Shown here piece after piece: positions 45,710-57,700 of a stretch of 64,000 nucleotides of DNA. The stretch is taken from NCBI RefSeq assembly GCF_031769215.1, contig NW_026782328.1, forward strand, positions 1,488,001 through 1,552,000, written 5' to 3'. The notes under the pieces are model-generated. The model had not been told where the DNA came from and searched no databases. It saw only the letters and a list, made by a program, of their open reading frames with translations. Origin of the DNA: Ylistrum balloti. Its lineage: Eukaryota. The number at the start of each line of letters is the position of its first letter. Position 1 is the first letter of the stretch. A program made the position numbers and the translations under genes.

Positions 45710-48700
45710 ATGGCTGGACAACTTTTCCTTTCTGATTTACAGACTGGGAAACATGAAACGATCGGACAAGACATTGAGGTTATTTGGCCGAGTTGTTTAT
45801 AGTCGATTCAACGAGGCCTTTTTCATGTATTTTGAAGTTATGCTGTTTGATTCTGACGATATTTATTTGTAGTGATTGTCAATACAATGAGTCAGGCACG
45901 CATTTTACCATTTATATATTGAATTAATTTTTCTTCAATTTCTTTCTAAAAAATGTCATGTGGTGTATACTGCAACAACTTCAAAATAATGAAAACCACC
46001 CTGCCCATCCATACTATACCACTTCTGATTTCTTAATTTCCAGCTCAGGTTCCTTTAGGGATCCTCTTCGCTTGCCTTATAAAAGTTATTATTATAATTA
46101 TAAATTTCACTTCTGGTTGTTATACATATTGCCACATCTAGTTGTACTTTATTTCCTGTCCATTCTAATAGTCACCCAGTTTGTTTTTCAAGCTGTTTAG
46201 TGTGTTTGCAGTTAATACATGATCAGACAAACTTTCCCATACAGTTTATGTTCTTATGGAGAAAGAATTTGCCGTAGTGATGTTCTTAATGTTTTGGGAA
46301 TATTTCAATGAGTTTGTCCTTATAAACTGTGATCCCCCGGCCCTCGTCGTATTTCCCTCTCAATGTCTTGTACATCTCTATCATATCACAACATGTACAC
46401 CTGTTGACCAATGACCCCTTTCCTAATTGCAAAGCCATCCCCCCCCTAATCTAAGTGTTATTCCCTAAATTAAGGGTAATCAAAGATTTTTTTTTAAATC
46501 TGATGTTGCTGACTTGTGTTCAACTTATTTAAGTGAGCTTTTGGTTCACATGTACATGGTTGCTTTTTTTTTTTTTTTTTAGGTATTTTAGCTCTATTGG
46601 AGAGACCTACCTTTTAGCTATGATTGCATCAAAATGTCTTTAAGTTTTGATGTTTTCTCCCCATTTTAGATGTTGATATTTGTAGCACTTTTTTTCTGAA
46701 TTAAAAACCATGGAACCCATTCCTAAAGTAGTGAAGTAAATTCCTGAAATATGACTTTAATGTTTAACAAATGTAACAAATGGTCAAAATGTCTAATTTG
46801 TCTCAAAGAGATTTCCTTTTTCTTATCTAGAACTACCTGGCCCCACTGCTGTGTAAGAAGAATTCTACTAAAAAAGAGGACAAATCCAAGTATGGATTGT
46901 ACACAGTCAAATTCCTCCACACATCTGTGTCACATGTGAACAACAGTGCAGTAACCAGCAGTCTTCTTCAGGCTGTCCATAGCTGTTACTTGGGATACAA
47001 GGTTGCGAGGGATGAGATTAAACTGAATGAACCATTGACTGTGCTAAAGCTTCTGTATCATCTGCTAACTAAATTACCACAAAAGGTTATACCACTTGGA
47101 TGTTCTTTTTACCAAAATCAATTGCCTGATTATAAATGAAGTATATATCAGTGAAGATCAACAGACAGTTTTGAGTATACAAACATTTAATAGGATATGA
47201 TAACATGTCATTATATTTGTACAGGTAATTCATGTCTATATTTGTTTCCAGTACAACACATCCCACTCAGAGTTAACCTGTTAATGTAGTAATGAACAGT
47301 ACTAAAATTATTTTTAAATTTTATTTTTTTCTTCTTAACTAGTGTTTACATACAATGTCATATAACTTCTTTGTTTTCCTTAGGGAGTTCCTGAAAGTCA
47401 GCTGATTATCGCTGAAAATTTACGAGAGGAATTATTATACAACATTGAAGCCAAGAATGGAAATTTGGATACTATTATACATAACACATACAGTTATATG
47501 TGGAATGTGGCTGCCAAACTGGAACAGGATCAGGAGACTGGCAACCCAGATATTGTTCTCAAACTACGACATGCAGCCTTGAAAACTCTCTTGTTTGGTC
47601 CATCTACTGTTTCAGTGTTTATCGAAAAATATTTGGTGGCATTTAGCAGGTAACAACTAAAACCTTGTCATTGATGTTAATGTATTGTAGATTTTGTTAA
47701 TTACGTTTTTGTGAATTTTCTGTATGTTTGAAAGAAAATGGCATGAATTCACAAATGCAAGTACTTCCTGTACAACTAGAAATTTAGCAAAATATGCCCC
47801 ATTTCAAATGATGAATATCATTTTGCTAAGTATTTAAAAACTTGTATTGAAATTTAAGATCTGTTAAATTATTCAGTTACAAAAATTGAAGGGCAGTGTT
47901 CTATTTTTGGAAGAAAATCCTATTTTTGTCACAATACACAAGTTAGTTATGTAGACTGAATATTGTTTACATAATACAAACAGAAATCTTCCTAGTTTTG
48001 AGTTCTTGCATGTCCCTTAGATTTAGATATACTTTATATTTGGTCAGATATGACAGAGTGACAGTTCAGTACGAAAACAAAGGCATGCAAACAGATGCTG
48101 AGATGTATGTTAACTTGACACAAGATCTGTTGTCAATCCTAACCAAACGGACCTCAGATGGTTTCTACATGGAAAATGAGGCTAGCAGCTTGCTTTCTGT
48201 CTTCCTTGGACTCTTCAAGTACATTCTACAGAGATCACTTCAACATAAGGTCGTAGATTGTCTAAAGATGCTGGAGGAAACGCAACAGAAAGTGACAAGT
48301 CACTTGTCAGACTCTTTCAGTGTTGTCCAAAATCTCTTTCTTGTATTTGATTTGTTATGTAAGTCTTCAACTGAAAAGTTTGGGAAAAAGATTGTCTGCC
48401 AGTTGTCTAATGTTGTTGAAATTTTCTGTAGAACTTTTGACAAAAGTTATAAATCATGGCCACAGAGCTGCAAGGCATTTCTCAATGATATGATCACTCT
48501 ATTGCTGAAGCATGTAGAAAGCTGCACATCCCTTCATGTTGTGGAAACCATACATGAAATATTGAGGATTGGAGGTGTGTTGTTTTCATCCAATATTGAC
48601 CATGGTAAACAGGTGTTGACATCAGTAGAACATATACAGTTGTGTCTACGGATCTTATTCAAATACCTGAAAGACACTCAAGGTGGGTCTGTTCATGTAA

Positions 48701-51700
48701 ACGAGAAATGTCTTCCAAAAAGATAAAAAGAAATAAAAAAAATGAAGGAAAAAAATTGTTCTATTTAAATTATTTCTTAAAATATGCACACGCAGGCATA
48801 TTTGAATGTTCAAATTAAAAGAAAATGTTTGATTTTTTTAATGGATATTATTTAAAGATTGAAAGTGTCAAAGTAAAGTTTTCTGTTTTTAGATTAATTG
48901 TTAATTCATCAACGATGGTATAATATAGATGGTTATTTCTTAGGAATATATTTGATCAATGTAAATTATAAATAACTATACATATAGTTAAGTGAAATAA
49001 TTATTTATGCTTTATTTGCAGGAGGAGAATCTTACCTGTATTTCATGGAAGCTGTGATAGAGCTGTCTAGTCATTACGATACAATATTGGAAACTGATGT
49101 GTTGGACTGGTCAGCCAAGAAACTTAACCAAGAACGACACTACTGTGGTAGGATGCAATTTCTTAATTATTGGGAACTAAGATCTGCAAGATCCTTTTGT
49201 ATAACTTGAGAGATGCTGGTGTAGCCTGCAATAATACCTTACATATTTTGTATGCAAGTACCATGGTTCTTTGGATGATGGAGGGTTACATATGGAAATT
49301 AAGCCTTTTGTTCCACTATTGAGCTGGATGACTTTGTTCAATTCAATTTACCAAGTTTTTCTAGAAAATGAAGACATCTTTTTCTCAGTACCAAATTTTA
49401 TTGATTAAGATTTTATTGAAGCATCTTGATTTTATCAACACTTATCATTATCCTTCCTGCATTTTCCAATTTTGCTTCCTACATCAGTTACATAGGCATG
49501 TGAAAAACTAGAGTTAAATTTTTTTATCCTATATTGAAATAAGCCATGATGTTTTCAACTAAAGGGAAAGGGAAACAGTCTATTTAATAGACAGGAAGTG
49601 CTATTTCTATTCCATTTTAACATTTCAGGCTACCTAATGTCCAAACTTGGTCATTTGTATTCTACCAAGGGAGATAACTCTTCTGCATGTAAACTCTACA
49701 CCATCTCATGTCACCAGCTGACCAAGTGGGTGCAGTCAGATCCGTCACTCACACAACAGAGGTTACAGGAGGTGAGACTTACCCTACAGGTTTGAAATCA
49801 TAGGTCGGCCAAGCAAGACTTATTTTTATATCTGAATTTTGAAGTTTATTTAAATATTTTGGAAAGATTGATTTCCAACAAAGAGTCAAATGTCTGCTGA
49901 AAATAAATTAATGTTTCTGATTCAAAATTTTCTTGCTGAAATTGCTAGAATTTTGAAATGAACACTTTCTAATAACCAGAAATTTCAGTTTTTAATTTGA
50001 TATTTTCTGTTTTCTCTGATACACATTTGATGCTCCAAAGCTGTTACTCAAAGTTGCAAAGTTAATCAGAATCAAACTTGATCAAGAAAGTTTTTAAAAC
50101 TTCTGTAATCAAATGGAAATCATGCATTACAATACTAATTGGAGAGAACTTTTTACATGCCCAGCTTGCTGTTACAGGTCTCCTTATGGCTGGTGTATGA
50201 GTGTTTGTCAGATTGTCAAAAAAAAAGTGGTGATTTACCAAGTGCCATGGAAACAATCCAGCATTGTTTGATGATAGATTCTAGTCATATGACCTCAGCT
50301 GTCAAGCTCTGGGTGAGAACAAAGAAAGAAGCCATCAAAAATGGAATCAACAGTGTTAAGCAGATGTAAGATTTGACCTTGTGTGACTTTAATATCAGGC
50401 TGATGACCAATATATATTTATCTTGTGTTCGAGCTAACTTCTTGACAAATACGTATCCTTAGATTTAAACAGGCTTCATTTAATATAATACATATATCCA
50501 TAAATTTTAACGGACTTCTTCTTGATTTGTTTACAAATCAGTATCTTGAGTTGAGATTTTAATTGACTGCCTCTTGATCTGATGAAAAATGTATTTATAT
50601 CTGTGTTGAGAGTTTAATTGACTTTATCTTAATTTGCTGACATTATATATTCTGTGTTTAGATTTAAATTAATTGCATTGCATTTGACAATATATTTCCT
50701 GTATTTAACTATAAATTGAGCACTGGTTTTGATTTGATGACAGATATGTACAATTGTTTCTTATCAGTGTTTAGAGAGTTCACTTGTCAGATTAAATTAT
50801 GAGTCTGTTCTGAATTGCAGGGTTTTAGGTGAGCGGCTGTGGACAAAATGTCCAAACACGAAATTAGACATCACTGACTTACTTAGCATGGAGTTACTGG
50901 CATTTAGAAACAATAGGTATAAATATATTTTATGACACATCAAGTTTACTCTTGCTTACACGTTAGAAAAAAAAAAAGAAAAAAATTTATGTAATTTTTC
51001 CCTACTTTTTTAATTCAGTTGCCATGTTTGGTCCAAACAATTGCGTGTTTGTAAAGTTTAAACTACTTCAGCACTTGATAAATGAAAAGCCATTGTTTTT
51101 ATGAATAGGCGAAGTTACAGTGAGGTGGAGGTGGCCATACTTAAAGTGATACTGACCGTCTCAAAAACATTCACTGTCCAGGCCAGGGCACTCTTAGACA
51201 TTGGTCAATTGTTTTGGATGAAAGGGATCACAGAGGACAAGTAAGTGTGTATCAATTATTCTAAATGTTCCCAGAAAAGGCACGCTTTGTGTGTGAAAAA
51301 TAATTGGATATAAATAAGGACTTTTTTAAAGGATAAAAAAATTTGATTATTTTCAGGTCTTCACTAGACTACATACAGGAAGCAGAAGAGCTACTGTCAG
51401 AGTCAAAGGATACCATGTCTAGTGTACTGCTGGCGGAAGTCTATCTCTGGTCCTACATCATACAGCATGAGAACCAGTGTCATCAGGTAAGATGTGTTTA
51501 CAGGGTTATAACAAGCTTCTGGACAACAGTTTAAAGTCTTCAGTATTGTAGAACACACGATTAAGTAGTAGTGCAACAGACTGGTTGTAGTAAGTATCAG
51601 TTGTCAAGGAGAAAAGTATTTATTTTTTAATTTATATTGAAATGTCCATATCATGTGCAAAATAGCTGTAATTTTTCAACTCGATTGAAAAATCTGGTTT

Positions 51701-54700
51701 TCAATTCTGAGTGTTCTAATTTGGATGTATGTTAATAATTGGTTTTGCTACCTTACTGGATATTTCACAAGTGATATAAACTGGGATAGGAAGCCAACAA
51801 ATGTTTTAATTGACCTTTCTGTTTAACTTGATGTTTCAACAGTAATACAAACTATGATAGAATACCAACAAATTATTTTCTTGGTCTCTGTTGAACTAGA
51901 TGTTTCACCAATAATACAAACTTGGATAGGAAACCTGTAAATAATTTACTTGGCCTTTCTATTAAACTAGATGTTTGCCCTGTCACATACCATGTCGCCA
52001 ATGACTGAGGTGATGATGACAAGTGACATGTCTACCAGAGAATCTGTAGACCCAGAGGAGGATACTGGTACCCGCTCCTCACTAAAACCTCCATCTCCAG
52101 CTATGTATACAGTTGCCATGGAAACAGTTGCTATGGAAAAACTGGAAAAAGCCTTAGCATTGTGGGAAGTGATACTAACAGGAAGTGATTGTCTTGACAA
52201 CAGGACTGACCCCAGTATCCTTCTGACAACCTTGATGCTGTGTTCCAGTATACTGCGACTTTCTAGAAGAGTAAGCAAATGACTTGTGATAAAATAGAAT
52301 ACACTCAATCAAAAATTTATATGAATTTGAATTCTCTGAATTGTTCTAAACAAACTAAAAAAACCCCAATTTTTCAATTGATTTTAGCTCCCTAGCTCCC
52401 TGGTAACCAAGTAGACAATGAAATGATAATTATTATTAAGCAGTATATTTACAAGATGACATGCTTACACCACTCACTAAACTTACAGGCCCATCAAAGA
52501 TAATTACATGATACAAAAATAGTAAAATGTAAATTTGAGAATGAGTGGAAAAAAGTAAAATGTAAATTTGAGAATGAGTGGAAAAAATGGGACAAATTAA
52601 TACAGTTTTGATTAACATACTTCTTTCTATTATCCATTTTTTTTGTTGAATTAACATATATATATAAACATGTTTATATAATCACATGATGATGATGATG
52701 TCAAAGATTGCTGAGTGTATGACTACAAATAATCTTGTTTTGTAAGACATGCATTTACCAAATACATATGTGCACCAGGGTGTTGATGTGTGAGGGTGTG
52801 TGTGTGTACATCGTATCTACCATGTAAAATCTTGGAAAAATAAAAAAAATTATTAAAGGAAAAAAAAGTATTTTTCCAGTTTTAAAAGTTGTCACAGAGT
52901 TAAAAACAAGAGAAAATAATCTCGTTCTGAACAGATCAAGAATGAGCTTCGTGTGCTCTACCTTGCTCAACAACTAGTAGACCAACACCCTACGCTAGAC
53001 CGGTCAGCCCTGGATATTAGGATGTTGGAGGCACGCATTCTGGTGGGACAAACAGAAAAAAGCTGTACTGAACCTCAGTGGCCAAAGGATGCTGACCGGC
53101 TGGCTGACCTTCAGGGACCACAGAGGGACATGGTTCTACAGTCCATGTTGGTCCATATTTATCAGGCATACTGCCACAAGCAGGTATTCATAAGGGCTTA
53201 GTTTTACTAACAAGTTTGAATGTTTCAATGAATTGATCTCAGTAATGTCGTCTACATAATCTAGTATAATCCTTAGCTTATTAATTACACAACCAATTCC
53301 AATTAGTCAATTCTCGTATTTCATGATTTTTACTTTAAAATTAGAATTTGTGGATCGAGATGTTTGGTATGACCTTACTGACCTCATACGTTATAATTAT
53401 AGCTGGAATTTGGTATGAGCAGACTGACCTCTGTTATATCCTTCCTGGAGTCTCAAGAGTCCAGGACTCGATCTGTGTGTTCTGCTGAAGGCACTGCCAA
53501 GCGTCTCATGTCCATGTTCCTGGGACTTCCCAACTGCTTGCAGCAGTACCAGAGCATGTACTCCTTGGACTTTGCGCTTGATGCCATCAGGATGCACACA
53601 GGTGTTATTCAACTCATTCTGGGGAAGGAGTTCCTTAACTTTACAACAGATGAATTTTCAGGTATGCTATTGCATTGGTTTTGAAGCTCTGAGGTGTGTG
53701 GGTCAACAATCTTGACCTATGCCAGTTTGTGATTTTCAGGAATTTGAGAAATGGACAGATCTGTGCTGATATGGTTGTGTCCTTGGGCAAGACACTTTAC
53801 TCTAACTTCTCTGGATTGCTTGCAATGGGTGAGGTAGCATCTGAACAATTACAAGGGAAACCTACCACATAATGACCCTAGCTGTTCTTGGGGCAATAAT
53901 TTTAAGCCTTGAAGATTTTCAACAGCTTGTTTTTGTGTCTTTTGTAAAAGTTTTTTTTATCAATCAGGTTGCTCTGAAAATAATAGCAATTTTTTGGGGG
54001 AAGTTTTATACCACTTGTTACTCTTTAACAGGCAGCAATTCATTAGACAAGTGGTCAGCAGTAGAGGATCTGGTGGAGTCTCTGTTACACCTTGGTAAGC
54101 TGTATAGTCTGACTGGAGAGGAAAGGGAAGCAAGATGCTTTCTCCGAGAGGGCTGGCAACTGTCTCACCATCTCTGTTTACCCTACTGGTATGTAGCATT
54201 CTACCTATACAGGTGGAGATAAAGTCCCCTTTCTGTTTCATTTGTTATTACTACATACAATAAAAATTGTCTATTATGATCACCCTTGACCTGAAGTTTG
54301 TGAACAGACAAATTCAATGAATGAATGAATGACATTTTGTTTGTCAAGACTTATTTTTTGTAGAATGTGTGTTCAACTTAAATGACCTCAATCACTGTCC
54401 AGATATGTGATTAATGGAACCTTTCACCTCTTTCGGGTGAGATAGGAGGATCTCAACCCAAGGAGGAGATCGTTAAGTTGTCAACATTTTGCAAGCCCCG
54501 TGGTTGACAGCTTAATAATCATTCTCTGAATGTTGAGATCCCCCTATCTCCACCTTAAAAGGGTGATTGATAATTTTTCTCTTACCCTTTTTTCTTCGTT
54601 TGGTTAAGACGAAATGTATGGTGTGTAAACAAAAACATGTGAACAGGGTATGAAAATTGACCATTTCCATGCCTCAGACGATTCACATATTGTGGTTTAA

Positions 54701-57700
54701 TCTTACACATAATATAATTCTAGTATATAAGCTGATAAAACGTCTTATAAAATGATACTTTTGATATTTTATGCATATTTAAAGAAGAAGTTGTGGATGA
54801 AGATGGGTTTCAATCTTGATGATAACACAAGATTTCAGGAACAGACAAACTAATGCATGTGTGTGACCTCATAAAAGTCAATTGTTTTCAGAATGTAAAA
54901 AGAGCATGTGTATCTTGTTGCAACCGTAGGGTGAGACAAGGAAATCCCTTTTTGGCAAAAAGTGTGGATTTACCTGTCCTGGGTAAGAGAAATGATAGGG
55001 TCGTAAGTTTTACTTTCCCATGATCTGCCTGAAATTTATATGAACATTGATGTTTCATTTCAGGACGATACAGTTTCTTATTGAGCTGGCGAAAATTCAC
55101 CATCTGTCCGGAAACATTGACAAAGCAACAAGCACGGTGTTGGACTGTCGTCATGTTTTAGAAAGTTGTACACTTGATCGGATTGCGCCCTTTTCCCTAC
55201 AATTGAAAATGAAATCTCCAGTATCTTCAAAAATCCCACCAGAAAAATCTGTCAAAAGAAAACTTGAGGAAAACTTTGGATTTGAATGTGAGGAGGATCT
55301 GGTACAAAATCTGGAAGAAGATCTTTCTAATCTTTTAGTTCTGCCAAAGTGTTTTGAGCACATTAAAGAAAAGAAATACTGTGATGTCTGTACAGATCCA
55401 TGGATGTCATTGTGTGTCCTACATGTGGGAATGATGGTAATACATTGTCAGGTCAGTCTTGATAAAGAAGTGTCAGATACTTTAAAACAAATTAAAAATA
55501 TCTGTGAGTCTTGCATGTCCCATGAAACATCAGTGACAAACAGCAAAACAGAGAAAAGAAAGCAAAAGAAAAAGATGACTGACGTTAATGTAACACCAAA
55601 ACTGATCACAGCTCAAGTAGATAAGTTGTCATTCAAGGAGCTTTATTTGGAGGTGACGACAAAACAGGCACAGATTTTTTCAGATTCTGGAGATCTGGAA
55701 CTGTGTGCCAGTGTAGCCACATCTGGATTGGCAATCTGTGAGACGGTCCCTGGGGTTTCTGTTTATGTCAGTCAACTAGAGGCATATCTTCGCCTCTGTC
55801 AAGTATTGTCTCAATGTGACTCACTCTTCAACACCTCTCAGCAGGTTATATCAGGGAACTGTTCTGCCACCAACCTCTCAGCCATGTCAGATCTGTTCTA
55901 CAATGATGATGACATGGCACAAGTTACTTCATCCATGTCAAAGGTCAAGATCAATGATTGTTCAAATGTTAGCACAGCACTAAGTGATATGGATACTGAG
56001 GAAGTAGAAACTGAAAGTGACCAGAGGAGAAATAGAAAAAATAATTTGCTGACAGATAATAACATCCCAAGTCAAGTCAAGAAAAACACAACAAAGAAAG
56101 CAGCAGTTAAAAGAGTAAAGTTACTGAAAGAGGAAGCTATCAGTAGTACACCAAAACATGAGTGGTCAAATCTGAGCAAAACTGACCTGTGTGATACTCC
56201 AAGTGGTCAGCAATATGTGTACACTGACAATGATGAGGCTGTGTCTATGCCTCTCAAGACCCCTCGAAGTGTATGTAGTCGCAAGGCAAGATTGGATCAT
56301 CTGTTAGATGATAGTGATGAGGAAACTAACGTCAAGTCTGTGCGAGGAAAAACAACTAGCAAGAAAAATGCTAAAAAGTCCAGGAAGAAAAGCGATGACA
56401 ACAGCATAGTCATGAAGACACCACAACTTAACTTGTTGAAAGAAATTACATGTACAGAGGAAAATGATTCCAACAAAAAAGGACGATCGAGAATTCCTTG
56501 TCGTGTTAAGACTACAAAGACAAGTATGGATACAAAAGACAATAGTAAGCAGAAATCAAGAGTGAATCAAGATGAAGGAAAAACAAAATTAACCAACAAA
56601 AAAAATCAAGTTTGTGACAAAATTGTTAAAGGACGTCAGGGTAAGAAAGATAATAAATGCCTGTCATCAAAAAATGTTGCAGATATTGAATTTGAGCGAA
56701 AGAATGAAGATTCAGACATCAGATGTGTAGCATCTGTTGCCACTGATGTGTACAGTTTTGATATCTCTGATGAGGAGGAGGTGGGAAGGTGTGTTACAAA
56801 AGCAAATAAGAAAACAACGGGAAAATGTAAACCTGCAACAAGTAAATGTTTAGTCAAGGGGAAAAGCCGAACACAGACAGCCCAGAACTCACGTAAACTG
56901 ATCGGACATGAAATGGTTAGGGACAATACTGAGGAAGAAGAGGACAAAATATTCAACCTGGCTGAATGTGTAGATATGCAGATACTAGATTTAGAGGAGT
57001 CGTTCTCACCCAATGTGGAGTCAAGCTTGAGGAGTGTTGTGGAGAATGACATGAAAAATTTAAACAGTCCTTCAGTATGTGATGTGCATGACCAGATGAA
57101 CAATTTAAGCCCAGCAGCTCTAAACATTGTCCCTGCTGAGGGTATGTTTTTGTTATTATCATTGATAAAAACTATGAAAATTTCTTAAAAATTCATTCAT
57201 TTCATGTAATCATTGTAACAATGCATGACAGAATATCAGTTGATTTATGTTGGTTTACCTACAGCTGTCAGGCAAAGAATTTGCTTATTCCTGTATGGTA
57301 TTGATTTTTCATCAAACACAAATTATGTGCATGGGATGTTTTCTATATGTTGATAAAATTGACTCTGCATTCATTAGTAGATATATTTTCAGCACTTCCA
57401 TTATTTATACCAGTAAATGTTTTGTATTTCATGTTTGCTGCTAACAGAACTGCTTGATTTGGATGAGTCCATTGAATTATTGAGAGGTGATGACAAGGGA
57501 AAGAGGAAAGGCACAACAGCAAATACCAAGAGAGGGCGAGGGAGAAAGAAAGAGGAGTCATCTGTCTCTGACACTGGGTCAACCTCAGGGGAGACAACTG
57601 AGGTCTTGCGATCCACACAGCTTCTCAATACCAAGATTCCACAGATGACCGGCTTTTATGAACCTGTGGTCAAAATACCACAAAATACAGTGCCAGTCAT

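Noticed and set aside
50453-50460. GTATCCTT, a U12-type donor consensus
   Set aside because: It lies inside an intron whose flanking exons already join in phase with ordinary GT-AG sites.
56297-57634. Minus-strand ORFs of 77-163 aa
   Set aside because: They are antisense shadows of large ESPL1 exons.
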